Shown in pieces: positions 31,067 to 40,813 of a stretch of DNA of 64,000 bases. The DNA comes from SAR324 cluster bacterium (GTDB taxonomy: Bacteria; SAR324; NAC60-12): assembly GCA_022448485.1 (NCBI GenBank), contig JAKUUI010000001.1:12631-76630 (forward strand), in the 5' to 3' direction. Positions within the stretch are counted from its first letter, which is position 1, and every line of letters starts with the position of its first letter. Below the pieces are notes generated by a model that saw only the letters and a program-made list of their open reading frames with translations, was not told the DNA's origin and did no database searches. The translations under genes and the position numbers were made by a program.

Positions 31067-31783
31067 ATGAAAATTGGAATACTTCAGTGTGATTCCACCA
31101 TGGAGCACTTCCGGGCCGAACACGGCAACTATCCAGGAATGTTTATTTCACTTTTTCATTCAGTTGATCCAGAGTTGGAATTTGAAGTTTATAATGTAGA
31201 ATTGGAGCAATTTCCTCAAGCTCCAGAAAAGTGCGAAGCATATTTGATCACTGGCAGTCGTTATAGCGTTTATGACTCGAAACGGTGGATCGAGAATTTG
31301 GAAAAATATGTACTTGAATTGCACGAAAGGAAATGCCCTATGCTTGGAATTTGCTTTGGGCACCAGATGGTCGCAAGAGCTCTTGGCGGAAAAACTGAAG
31401 CTGCAGAACAAGGATGGGGGGTTGGAGTGCAGAACTACCAAACGGTTTCCACTCAAAAATGGATTCAACCAGCTTTGAAAAAATTTTCACTATTGGCCAG
31501 TCACAAGGATCAAGTAACAAAACTTCCTAAAAATGCAGAATTGATTGCAGAAAGTGATTTTTGTCCTTATGCCGCTTTCCGGATTGATAATCATATTCTG
31601 ACATTCCAGGGGCATCCGGAATTTCAAAAAGCGTATTCTAAAGCTTTAATACTTTATAGGCAACAAATCTTGGGTCCGGAAGTTTTTGAAGCGGGTATCA
31701 AATCTCTGGAGCAATCTATCCAGCCTCAGGAAATCACACACTGGATGCTAAATTTTCTTCGGAATGGAACATCTCCCAAATAA
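31067..31783 (+). CDS. class I glutamine amidotransferase (GuaA N-domain-like, COG0518 type)
   Basis: It has the catalytic LGICFGHQ and FQGHPEF motifs. The ATG at 31067 is preceded by AGGAGG; the track ORF begins at a TTG at 31007. Confidence 0.75.
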   Translation: MKIGILQCDSTMEHFRAEHGNYPGMFISLFHSVDPELEFEVYNVELEQFPQAPEKCEAYLITGSRYSVYDSKRWIENLEKYVLELHERKCPMLGICFGHQMVARALGGKTEAAEQGWGVGVQNYQTVSTQKWIQPALKKFSLLASHKDQVTKLPKNAELIAESDFCPYAAFRIDNHILTFQGHPEFQKAYSKALILYRQQILGPEVFEAGIKSLEQSIQPQEITHWMLNFLRNGTSPK

Positions 31784-31786
31784 CAG

Positions 31787-32584
31787 TTATCGTCCCAACT
31801 CCGAACTTTGCTGTTTGCCACTTTCCGGCCCCGTCCGAGTAAGTTCCCAAAGTTTGAAATAGCGCACAACAAAATTCAGGGCATCAAAGATTGCACAGAA
31901 TAAACCGGGTAAGCCGTCTCGGAAACCTCCTTTCATGAAATAGCGCCTGATAAAGCGAGGGAAAGGTTTGAGTACTAGAAAGCGCAGGGTATTGAGAGAA
32001 TTTACCTTTACTCCAGCATCCCGGAGATATTCGGCTTCGACACCGGAGTAAAAGTCAAACTTGCTCAAAAACTGGCTGATATTTAGGTAGGGGAAGTGAA
32101 GCATGTCATTTTGTAATTTACCGATGCTTCCATCAACCACCAGTTTTTCATGTACGTGCCGATTCTGGAAGTTGGCAAAGCCTCTCCGGAATAAACGTAG
32201 CTGTACATCTGGATATTGACTTCCGTGGCGAAGCCAGTATCCAAAAAAATGGTTGCGGCGGTTGAGACGAAATGCAGCGTGTGTTGTCTTTTCAAGGATT
32301 CCCTCGATTTCCCTCACCAATAATTCAGGCAGTCGTTCATCTGGATCCACGTAAAATATCCAATCCCCTGTCGCTTGCTCCATTGCAAAGCTCTTGTTGA
32401 CATTCAGGTTGGTGCTATTGGGGCGTGAGTAGACACTACAACCGTGTTCTTTTGCCGCTTCCTTTGATTCATCTTGACTTTCGCAGTCAACATACACGAT
32501 TTCAGTCGCCCACTGGAGGTGAGGGAGTAATTCTCGCAAATGATCAACTTCATTATGACCGATGATAGTAATGCTGAGATTCAT
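31787..32584 (-). CDS. family 2 glycosyltransferase
   Basis: It has the LSITIIGHNE N-terminus, VDCESQD and VDPDE (DxD-like) motifs, and is 265 aa long. Confidence 0.7.
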   Translation of the reverse strand: MNLSITIIGHNEVDHLRELLPHLQWATEIVYVDCESQDESKEAAKEHGCSVYSRPNSTNLNVNKSFAMEQATGDWIFYVDPDERLPELLVREIEGILEKTTHAAFRLNRRNHFFGYWLRHGSQYPDVQLRLFRRGFANFQNRHVHEKLVVDGSIGKLQNDMLHFPYLNISQFLSKFDFYSGVEAEYLRDAGVKVNSLNTLRFLVLKPFPRFIRRYFMKGGFRDGLPGLFCAIFDALNFVVRYFKLWELTRTGPESGKQQSSELGR

Positions 32585-32885
32585 AAAGTCTGATATTTGT
32601 GTTAATTTACTTGAATTCCGAAAAAATATTTGCAGGTTGTTTTCAAAATTATCTCACGATCAATCTAAGATAAGTAAAAGCTCTTGTCAACGTTGCAGAT
32701 AAAGCAGTTGTTTCTTCGTTAATCATTGCATCAGGAAATACATTGATTGACTGTTTTTCAAACTCCAGTCTTTTCTCCTGCAATTTCTTGACACCAAACA
32801 CTGCACTGTCATAGATTAGATAGCCGATGCATTAGTAAAACGCTAGACCTGAATGATTGTTCCACATCAGTAAAAGCAGAGTGTT

Positions 32886-33146
32886 ATGTTTAGTCCTGAA
32901 AAAATTTTAAACTTTGAACAACTTGATACCCTAGCAGATATCTATGCAGTGGAGTCATCGCTCTTTGCCAATGAAGAGTCGCGAGTCGCTGATTATGTAT
33001 CAGATATTGCACAAGTTAAAATAAATTTGGTTTGGCGGGCAATGTCCAAGGTTGGACGGAATCGTGGGCATAATCGAGATTTAAAGCCTGTTTCTTGGGT
33101 TTTACATAAATCTGCTTTACACTCAGTTAATTCAAATTGGCCCTAA
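32886..33146 (+). CDS. hypothetical protein (doubtful)
   Basis: This 86-aa ORF sits in a 680-bp spacer. The first half looks protein-like, the SD is weak, and I recognise no family. Confidence 0.25.
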   Translation: MFSPEKILNFEQLDTLADIYAVESSLFANEESRVADYVSDIAQVKINLVWRAMSKVGRNRGHNRDLKPVSWVLHKSALHSVNSNWP

Positions 33147-33268
33147 TTTTTTTGAGCTTTTTTTCTTGTTAATAAATTTTAATTTTGTTAGCATATGCTA
33201 TGTGTCACGGCGTTTTGATCGAGGTTTGATTTGCGTCATTTTTTCTAAATCATTTTAGAGGAGAAGAT

Positions 33269-34627
33269 ATGGAACAAGGAAATGATAAATTGGAACTGGT
33301 GTACGGTGTTGAAGACAAGCCATCACCCATGGAATCGGCTTATGCCGGGCTCCAGCACCTGCTCGCAATTATTGTGGGCATCATTACCCCCACGCTGATC
33401 ATCGGCGGCGTCTTGGGATTAGGTGAACGTATTCCATATTTGATCAGTATGTCTCTGATCGTTTCCGGTGTGGCAACCTTCATCCAAGCCAAACGAATTG
33501 GACCAGTCGGTTCTGGTCTGTTGAGTGTTCAGGGCACTAGCTTTGCTTTTTTAGGCGCAATTCTCACCGCTGGCTTTATTGTGAAAGGACAAGGTGGCGG
33601 ACCAGATGAAATTCTAGCAACCATTTTCGGGATTTGTTTCGTGGGAGCTTTCATCGAGATAGTTCTGAGTCGCTTCATCCATGTTCTGAAAGAAATCATC
33701 ACGCCTGTTGTGACTGGCACAGTGGTGATGCTGATTGGCCTGAGTCTGGTTAAAGTCGGTATTACGGATATGGCAGGCGGAAAATGGTTATTGGATAATA
33801 AACCTGAGTTTTTTGGTACTGCTGGAAACTTGGGGTTGGGTATCTTGGTACTGTTAGTTGTTTTGATCCTCAACCGCAGTAAAAATCCAATGATTCGGAT
33901 GGGATCGATTGTGGGTGGAATTTTGATTGGTTACCTAGTTGCGCTGGCCATGGGGAAAGTCAATTTTGGCCATATGTCTGGAGTTGAAATAATCAGCATT
34001 CCCATTCCTTTTAATTATGGTTTTGCCTTCAACTGGATGGCTTTTATCGGAGTGGCCTTCATTTATATTATCACAACGATTGAGTCCACAGGAGATCTGA
34101 CCGCAACATCGATGCTTTCCGGAGAACCGGTTGAAGGAGATAAATACATGGAGCGAATCAAAGGAGGTGTCTTAGGTGATGGTGTTAATTCGGCCATAGC
34201 AGCCATCTTCAACACTTTTCCAAACACTACCTTCAGTCAAAACAATGGGGTAATTCAGATGACAGGAGTTGCCAGTCGTTTTGTGGGCATGTATCTCGCA
34301 GCTTTTCTTGTGATACTTGGTTTGTTTCCAGTAATCGGCGGGTTCTTCCGCTCTCTTCCGAATCCTGTTTTAGGAGGAGCAACAATTGTGATGTTCGGAA
34401 CAGTTGCAGCGGCAGGTGTGAACATTATTGCTTCAATGGGACGCTTGGGACGTCGCGAAATCTTGATCATCGCTGTCTCCTTGGGAATCGGACTTGGACT
34501 TGCTTTTGTGCCGGAAGTCCTGAGCCAAACGCCAAAGGCCATTCAGCAAATTTTTGGATCCGCAATCACTTCAGGTGGTTTGGCAGCATTGATTTTGAAT
34601 TTGGTTTTGCCTCGAAGTCAATCGTAA
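33269..34627 (+). CDS. nucleobase:cation symporter-2 (NCS2) family permease (xanthine/uracil/purine)
   Basis: The 452-aa polytopic protein has NCS2 motifs (LQHLLAI, GVATFIQ, TIESTGD, FSQNNGVI). A GAGGAG SD precedes the ATG. Confidence 0.85.
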   Translation: MEQGNDKLELVYGVEDKPSPMESAYAGLQHLLAIIVGIITPTLIIGGVLGLGERIPYLISMSLIVSGVATFIQAKRIGPVGSGLLSVQGTSFAFLGAILTAGFIVKGQGGGPDEILATIFGICFVGAFIEIVLSRFIHVLKEIITPVVTGTVVMLIGLSLVKVGITDMAGGKWLLDNKPEFFGTAGNLGLGILVLLVVLILNRSKNPMIRMGSIVGGILIGYLVALAMGKVNFGHMSGVEIISIPIPFNYGFAFNWMAFIGVAFIYIITTIESTGDLTATSMLSGEPVEGDKYMERIKGGVLGDGVNSAIAAIFNTFPNTTFSQNNGVIQMTGVASRFVGMYLAAFLVILGLFPVIGGFFRSLPNPVLGGATIVMFGTVAAAGVNIIASMGRLGRREILIIAVSLGIGLGLAFVPEVLSQTPKAIQQIFGSAITSGGLAALILNLVLPRSQS

Positions 34628-34670
34628 TTTGATCCTTTATTCTCCACAGGGGCAGCAAAAATAGTTGCCC

Positions 34671-36110
34671 CTACTTCCTGCGTGCTTCAACGATCTTCCG
34701 GAAAGACCCAGACTGTACTTCCTCCACCGATACTCCTGCATTTTCCACATCTTCCGAATCAATCGCTCCGCTGTTGAGCGCACGGAAAAAGAAATTCAAC
34801 AATCCCTGTCCGGTTGCGGCATCATCAAAAACATTACCGCTCAACGTCGCTTTTGAGGCTTGCTCCACAAAATTTTTCAGCCGCACTGTTGATTCCTGTA
34901 ATTGTTCCAGAAAAAAAGATGCATTGGCCGCATGACGTACCGGAACTTGTCCAGGATGCAAATCCCAGCCTTGGTAAAAACCATGCGCCAGTGAATGTCG
35001 GATGTGGGCGTAAGTCAATTTCCAGGCACGATGAACTGTTTCCATATTTTCCCTTATTTGCAACGTAGAAAGTTTTTTCCCTCGATGCGGGCCGACTGGC
35101 ATGATGTTCGTTGCTCCATCTGAAAGAAAAATTCCGGAGCCTCCAAAAGCGACTTTTATCATGTGTCGGGCAAAGTCACAAACGGTACTGTCCATCGTTT
35201 GGTAGGCTGTAATTAAGTCACAGGAGGCTGTGTAATCGTAAGTTCCAAAATGTGCTCCAATGCAACGGTTCTGTTCGGAATCTTCGTTAGCGGCATTTGC
35301 GATTTTCCGGGGGGTCACTTCGCCTTCTGAATTAATAATTGATTGTGTGGTTTCAATCATTATTTCCATTTTTAGGTCGCCTGAATTCAGCGCAGAATCA
35401 GCTTCCAGTACCTTAAACAATCCTATCAGGGCCACCGCTTGTTCAGGAATTTCTACTTTGGGCAAAGTCACCACAAAATTTTCCGGAAGCACCCCGCCGC
35501 TTTCTTTGAGCAATGTGCTCAGAAAAATATCCAAAGTGCGGACACCACGCTCCACAAATTCACGATTAAAGGGCTTGATCCGGATGCCAATGAACGGCGG
35601 CAGTGTCCCTTGCTTCATTCCGGAAGCCACTGCTTTTGCACCTTGCACTGCCACCGCATCTTCCTCTTCGTTAGGACGAATCCCGAACCCATCTTCATAA
35701 TCGAGCCGGAAATCCTCAATGGCTTCCCGTTCCAGTTTTTTGCTGACTTGCTCATAAACCCGCCAAGCCAGCCATGTTGCAGAGTTTGCCGGATCGACCC
35801 CGTTTTTCCCGGCATCGGCAACCAGTGCGTCGATTTCCCGATTGTTCTGTGGCAAATTATCTGCGCCTTTCAAGCCCAGTGCTTGCGCAAACGTAACAAA
35901 ATTGGGTGCATAATCGGCTAAACTATTTTGGGCAAGCTTGCCCATTTTTTCTGCAGTATCCGACTTAAACAAGTGCGCACCGCCGTAGAGTGTGTGGACG
36001 GGTTGACGCTTGAGCGGTTTGCCTGGATAATTGGCTTCAAAAGAGCAGTTTGCGTCAGCAAGTTGATTTAAGATTCCGGAAGTCCGGTTGTAAGCTAAAA
36101 TGTTCTTCAT
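34671..36110 (-). CDS. uncharacterised TIM-barrel lyase-like protein (HpcH/CitE/malate-synthase-like superfamily)
   Basis: The 479-aa product has FRLDYEDGFG (compare DFED/DLED of malate synthase and CitE), MIETTQSI (compare the mIET motif) and GTYDYTAS. Only the superfamily-level call is tentative. Confidence 0.4.
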   Translation of the reverse strand: MKNILAYNRTSGILNQLADANCSFEANYPGKPLKRQPVHTLYGGAHLFKSDTAEKMGKLAQNSLADYAPNFVTFAQALGLKGADNLPQNNREIDALVADAGKNGVDPANSATWLAWRVYEQVSKKLEREAIEDFRLDYEDGFGIRPNEEEDAVAVQGAKAVASGMKQGTLPPFIGIRIKPFNREFVERGVRTLDIFLSTLLKESGGVLPENFVVTLPKVEIPEQAVALIGLFKVLEADSALNSGDLKMEIMIETTQSIINSEGEVTPRKIANAANEDSEQNRCIGAHFGTYDYTASCDLITAYQTMDSTVCDFARHMIKVAFGGSGIFLSDGATNIMPVGPHRGKKLSTLQIRENMETVHRAWKLTYAHIRHSLAHGFYQGWDLHPGQVPVRHAANASFFLEQLQESTVRLKNFVEQASKATLSGNVFDDAATGQGLLNFFFRALNSGAIDSEDVENAGVSVEEVQSGSFRKIVEARRK

Positions 36111-36148
36111 GACTTTTGATGTTTGGAATTATTGTAAAAAAATTGTTG

Positions 36149-36701
36149 CTTAATTCGCCTTTACGCCCAAAACAAGAAAACGATTCAATCCGCCATCCTG
36201 AAAAATATTGAGGCGCAGGCGGGTGACTGCTCCAAAGGATTTTAATTCCGATTAAAAAAATGTCTTTGATCGGCTTTGAGTTTTTGCTCCGGAAGTAAAG
36301 TTTGCCACTCGACTTCTGGTGTTTCCTAGTTTTTTGGTTAGGAATCAGCAGCTAAGTTTGCTGATTCGATTGAACAACGATTCGGATAAATTACCTTTGA
36401 AAAAGATCGTATCGACTTCAAGTTTTCTGATTTTCCACTGAGGGCCAGCCGTAAAGTGACACAGTCATTTCCGGAGATACACTGCCGTCAGGTTTCCCGG
36501 TTGTCCATATATTTACCGTGATCGGTGATTTTGTCAGAAAGAAAAATTCCACGACTGGGTTTGGTTAAATGTTCTTTTTCTGCAAAAAAAATCATCCGTT
36601 GTTTCTAAAACAACTGTATCCGGGTTTTCTTCTGCATGATTAAGATATTGACTCGAAAAACGACCGTCATCCGGCGATTCTGAAGATGCACTTTTCATCA
36701 T
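36149..36701 (-). pseudogene. allantoicase pseudogene (first allantoicase repeat only; frameshifts and in-frame stops)
   Basis: My minus-strand translation gives colinear pieces in shifting frames: MMKS...VVLETTDDFF / AEKEHLTKPS...HGKYMDNRET-TGA-RQ...SIESANL / EVEWQTLLPEQKLKADQRHFF / SFGAVTRLRLNIFQDGGLNRFLVLG-stop. These match the allantoicase motifs SDEWFA.AENL.P, YDGWETRR, QRHLF and L.IYPDGG..R.R.YG. Confidence 0.6.
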
Positions 36702-36788
36702 GGGATTTCGAAATATGTTTTAACGAAAATGGTGTATTTCACCCAAACATGAAATGACAGCTGCTTGAAAAATTACTGGCTGGAAAAA

Positions 36789-37763
36789 TTAGAAATAAAA
36801 AGTTGAACTCAGTTCCCAACGGTGAGCAATTGGTGTGTTTTGTCCGGCAAGCGGGCGAGAGAAGCCCAAACGGGCTTGCCATGGAGCAGATAATGGTTTT
36901 TGCTCAAGATCACTTAAGTTGCCGTAGCCGAATTCGAAATTGATTTCTTTGAGAAAGGAAGCATTAGATTTGCCTAATGGCAATCTGCTTTCTGCCTGTT
37001 GGAAATAATGTAGCTCTGTGCCGACAAACATATTTTGCCGCTCTATGCTCCAATTGTAGTGAATGTCTGTACGGTGACCTGCAGAGTAATAACCACGCAC
37101 TCCGTCAAGTGTTTTACGTTTGCCAAGCAACTCATTTGAGCTTTCTATCCGGAAACCATTCCTGATCCCATGTGCTAGCGGATACCAGGTATAATGGAAA
37201 AAAGCTCCAACGGCCCCGTGACCTTCGCCGATTGCATTTGTAGAGATTCCACGTGGTGTTCCTGTATTACCTGTAGGCAAGCGGAGTATAAAACCGCCGC
37301 GATTATGCCACGTTGTTCTTGTACTCATGTCTTTAATAAGTTTCATCTTGATGTCGCCGAGCCCGTTTAGATTTTCTGAGGCCAAATTGTCGAGGACTTT
37401 CTGCTGACTTGATGTAGCTGATTCAAATTTAAGCGTGGAGCTTTGTTTTTTTTGCAGTAGAGGAACAGCAGCCTTTACCGTCCATGTTTCAGTCAAGCCA
37501 TATGCCATTCGGATCTCAAGTCTCTGCTCTTCACGTTGCAATTTGCCTTCAACCGAATCACGCCATTCTCGATCCCAGAGTATCAGCTGCTGCAAAGGAG
37601 CTTCTTTTCCGTAACCATTAAAAGCCCGATCGTAGGGAGGAGTATGATGCAGACGCATTTCTACTTCCCAAACTGAGGCAGGTAAGCGATTTTCGAGTTC
37701 AATAGCGTGGACCGCTGTTGGGAAAAGGAATGCAAAAATGAGAATGATTAATGGTTGCTTCAT
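36789..37763 (-). CDS. putative outer-membrane beta-barrel protein
   Basis: It has the signal peptide MKQPLIILIFAFLFPTAVHA, alternating beta-strand-like pattern, aromatic-rich composition, and a C-terminal ...STFYF typical of OMP sorting signals. Confidence 0.5.
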   Translation of the reverse strand: MKQPLIILIFAFLFPTAVHAIELENRLPASVWEVEMRLHHTPPYDRAFNGYGKEAPLQQLILWDREWRDSVEGKLQREEQRLEIRMAYGLTETWTVKAAVPLLQKKQSSTLKFESATSSQQKVLDNLASENLNGLGDIKMKLIKDMSTRTTWHNRGGFILRLPTGNTGTPRGISTNAIGEGHGAVGAFFHYTWYPLAHGIRNGFRIESSNELLGKRKTLDGVRGYYSAGHRTDIHYNWSIERQNMFVGTELHYFQQAESRLPLGKSNASFLKEINFEFGYGNLSDLEQKPLSAPWQARLGFSRPLAGQNTPIAHRWELSSTFYF

Positions 37764-38395
37764 GCAGACACCTCATGTAGACAATTTTCTGCAAAGGAAA
37801 TCCAGCCATTAGCAGTCATGTGTGGAATGATGCATTCAATCGGGAATCCGACCACATTGGTGTAAGATCCACTGATTGATTTTACTAATATTGTTCCTAA
37901 ACCTTGAATTGAATATGCACCGGCTTTACCAAAAGGCTCCCCGGAATTTATGTACCATTTGAGCAAGTCTTCATTCAGTTTTAGAAAACTCACTTCTGTG
38001 CAAATAACGTCTGTGATTTCACCTCCTGATGCTGAATCAAAAATCGAAAATCCGGTGAATACCTGATGGGTCAGGCCGCTCAATTGAGCCAGCATAGACT
38101 CGGCATGCTGGGCTGTTTCCGGTTTCCCCAAGATTTGCCCGTCACAAAAAACAATTGTATCACCTGCCAGGATAATGACATTCTCAGCAAGCTCAGAATA
38201 TTTTCGGCGTACCTGCTGGGCTTTTTCACTTGCCATTCTTTTGACAAAGCTTTTTGCTGCTTCATTATTCTCAGGAGTTTCTTTAACTATTGGAATGCGG
38301 TAGTCAAATTGGAGTCCGAATTTTTTTAAAAAATCCTGACGCCGAGGTGAAGAAGAAGCCAGGCACAAAGGGCGATGCTGTAAAAAATTGGACAT
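37760..38395 (-). CDS. maf: Maf family nucleoside triphosphate pyrophosphatase
   Basis: It has the LCLASSSPRR motif, GKP and AYSIQG. The likely start is at 38395; the track ORF to 38458 would overlap the mrdA end. Confidence 0.85.
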   Translation of the reverse strand: MSNFLQHRPLCLASSSPRRQDFLKKFGLQFDYRIPIVKETPENNEAAKSFVKRMASEKAQQVRRKYSELAENVIILAGDTIVFCDGQILGKPETAQHAESMLAQLSGLTHQVFTGFSIFDSASGGEITDVICTEVSFLKLNEDLLKWYINSGEPFGKAGAYSIQGLGTILVKSISGSYTNVVGFPIECIIPHMTANGWISFAENCLHEVSA

Positions 38396-38429
38396 TATCA
38401 GGAAGATTAAAATAAATTTTTTTAGAATT

Positions 38430-40316
38430 TCAGTTGAATGCCTTTTGGAGGCGATCATTGAATTTGATATTTTTTGACTCGAAGTCGGTTTGCATTGTTT
38501 TTTGGGGTTTTGGTTTGTAAATGTTGTCGATGTAGTAGCTCAGTATTTTACGAACAATTGGAGCAGCTGCTTTTGAGCCTCCACCGCCGTGTTCGACGAG
38601 TGCTAACGCTGAAATTTCCGGGTCTTCGGCTGGCCCAAAAGCCACAAACCACGCATGATTCTGAATCTCTCTTTTTGATTTTGTTTCATTGTCCAGTGTC
38701 TCCAGTGTCTCGTGGCTGACAACTTGTGAGGTTGCAGTTTTTCCAGCAACTGTGAATTCTTCAAACTGAACTTTCCGGGCAGTTCCCCCAACCTCATTTA
38801 CTACAGCAACCATTCCTTCACGGATCAAACTCAAATATTCACGTTTTAAAGGAATTTGTTGAGGTGAGATACCTTCTTGATCTAATAAAAGCTTGGGAGG
38901 TATCCACATTCCGTCATTAGCAAGAATATTAATCATGTTAAGCACCTGAAGCGGAGTGACAATAATATAACCTTGCCCGATGGCCATGGATGGCATTTCA
39001 CCTAAATACCAAGGCTCGTTTAAGACTCTTTGCTTCCAGTTGCTGCTGGGAATCAATCCTGCTTTTTCATTTAGAAGCCCCAATCCTGTTAATTGCCCCA
39101 GGCCGAACAGACCTGCGTATTTATGCATCGCATCTACTCCCACTCCCATTCCAGTATTATAGAAGTAGACGTTGCATGAACCTTTAATTGCGTCTATCAA
39201 AGCAACTCTGCCGTGACCGTTTTCCTTCCAGCATTTGAACGGAGTTTCACGTCCTTTAACGTGGAAAAGACCGTTACAGACATGTTCAGTTTCTGGGGTA
39301 ATAACTTCAAGATCAAGCCCGGCGTAAGCTGTGACTACTTTAAAAATTGATCCCGGAGCATAAAGACCTTGAATTGCTTTGTTTTCCAAAGGATGTTCTG
39401 GATTTTCTAACAGAATGTTCCAGTTTTCCTGATCTATTCCTCCGGAAAATAAATTTGGATCAAAATCTGGAAAACTAGCCAGAGCAAGGAGTTCTCCAGT
39501 CTTTGGATTCATAATTATTACAGCACCGCTTTCTCCTTGCATGGCCTTGTCTGCAACTTTTTGAAGGCGGATATCAAGACTCAAAGAGATGTTTTTTCCT
39601 GGTACAGACGGGACAGGTTTTCCTAAAACCTGTAGTTCTCTTCCCATATGATCAACCTCTGCTTGGCGACCGCCATCGAGCCCGATCATGTGATCGTTTT
39701 TAAATAGCTCAACTCCGGAATGTCCAACAATTTGGCTGGAACTCCGCTTTTCTTCCGGTAATTCCGACCATTCTTCCTGAACAATCCCCACATAGCCAAT
39801 AAGATGAGACGCCAAGTTTTTGTTTGGATAAAATCGGCGTGGTTGAACAACAATTGAAACACCGGGAAAGTCGTCTTGGAATGTTTCCAGAAACATGGCT
39901 TTTTCGTAGTCCAGATCTTCTTCCAGAATAATCGGTTTGAACTGGGCTAAATTTTGGTTGGCATCAATTTTATCCTGTAGTGATGAATAGGAAATACTGA
40001 GAGACTGTGAAACTTTTTGCAAAGTTTTTTCCAGATCCTGTGTGTCCTCTCTTATCAGGTGTAATTGGTATGCAGGTCGATTTTCAGCCAGTAAAACTCC
40101 GTTCCTGTCATAAATATTTCCACGTAAAGCAGGCTCTGGAACCAGACGGATACGGTTGCCTTGAGAAAATTCTTTGTATTTTTGGCCCTGAGAAATTTGC
40201 AGGTGCCAGAGACGCGAAGCCAACAAAGAGAAAATCAGGATAACGACTCCACCCAAAATAATAAGACGAATCCGAATCCGGTCCAGTTCTTCAAACCCAA
40301 GAGACTCCAGTTTCAT
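38430..40316 (-). CDS. mrdA: penicillin-binding protein 2 (elongasome transpeptidase)
   Basis: An N-terminal TM segment and pedestal domain are followed by a transpeptidase domain (SIFK as SxxK, SCN as SxN, KTATSQ as KTG-like). The ATG at 40316 overlaps the mreD stop by 4 bp. Confidence 0.85.
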   Translation of the reverse strand: MKLESLGFEELDRIRIRLIILGGVVILIFSLLASRLWHLQISQGQKYKEFSQGNRIRLVPEPALRGNIYDRNGVLLAENRPAYQLHLIREDTQDLEKTLQKVSQSLSISYSSLQDKIDANQNLAQFKPIILEEDLDYEKAMFLETFQDDFPGVSIVVQPRRFYPNKNLASHLIGYVGIVQEEWSELPEEKRSSSQIVGHSGVELFKNDHMIGLDGGRQAEVDHMGRELQVLGKPVPSVPGKNISLSLDIRLQKVADKAMQGESGAVIIMNPKTGELLALASFPDFDPNLFSGGIDQENWNILLENPEHPLENKAIQGLYAPGSIFKVVTAYAGLDLEVITPETEHVCNGLFHVKGRETPFKCWKENGHGRVALIDAIKGSCNVYFYNTGMGVGVDAMHKYAGLFGLGQLTGLGLLNEKAGLIPSSNWKQRVLNEPWYLGEMPSMAIGQGYIIVTPLQVLNMINILANDGMWIPPKLLLDQEGISPQQIPLKREYLSLIREGMVAVVNEVGGTARKVQFEEFTVAGKTATSQVVSHETLETLDNETKSKREIQNHAWFVAFGPAEDPEISALALVEHGGGGSKAAAPIVRKILSYYIDNIYKPKPQKTMQTDFESKNIKFNDRLQKAFN

Positions 40317-40813
40317 GCAGCATCCCTTAAGTAGAGCTTTTCTCCCCAAATTACACTTTGAAGAATTATTGGAGTCACCAATCCTTGCAGAACTGCAAGA
40401 GGAAGAGTTGAGGTCATTATGAGAGAAAACTGGTTCAAACTCTCTTCAAACTGTCCTAAAATTGATAGAGATATCCATCCCTCAAAGAACGACATTCCTA
40501 ACACTGCTATGCCGACAGAAAAAAAAGTATTTGCGTAAAACGATTTAATCACCTGGCGGGCAAGTAGCAGTGTTACAAAAAAAGAAATTCCATAAAGCCC
40601 CATGATGCCATGTGAAAGAGCATCACAGATCAGTCCTGCCAATACACCGACGAATGGCAGCAATAGCGATGGATGACGGAATGTCAGCACCAGCATGAAA
40701 ATCAGCATCCAGTTTATCTTCAATCCGCCTAGTTGAAAATAGTTGTTGAAAACGATATTCAGCCAGACGCCGATTAACATAAATCCCAAAGCAAGTATAA
40801 ATAACCGCATCAT
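40313..40813 (-). CDS. mreD: rod shape-determining protein MreD
   Basis: This 166-aa polytopic protein lies between mreC and mrdA with 4-bp overlaps on both sides. Confidence 0.75.
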   Translation of the reverse strand: MMRLFILALGFMLIGVWLNIVFNNYFQLGGLKINWMLIFMLVLTFRHPSLLLPFVGVLAGLICDALSHGIMGLYGISFFVTLLLARQVIKSFYANTFFSVGIAVLGMSFFEGWISLSILGQFEESLNQFSLIMTSTLPLAVLQGLVTPIILQSVIWGEKLYLRDAA

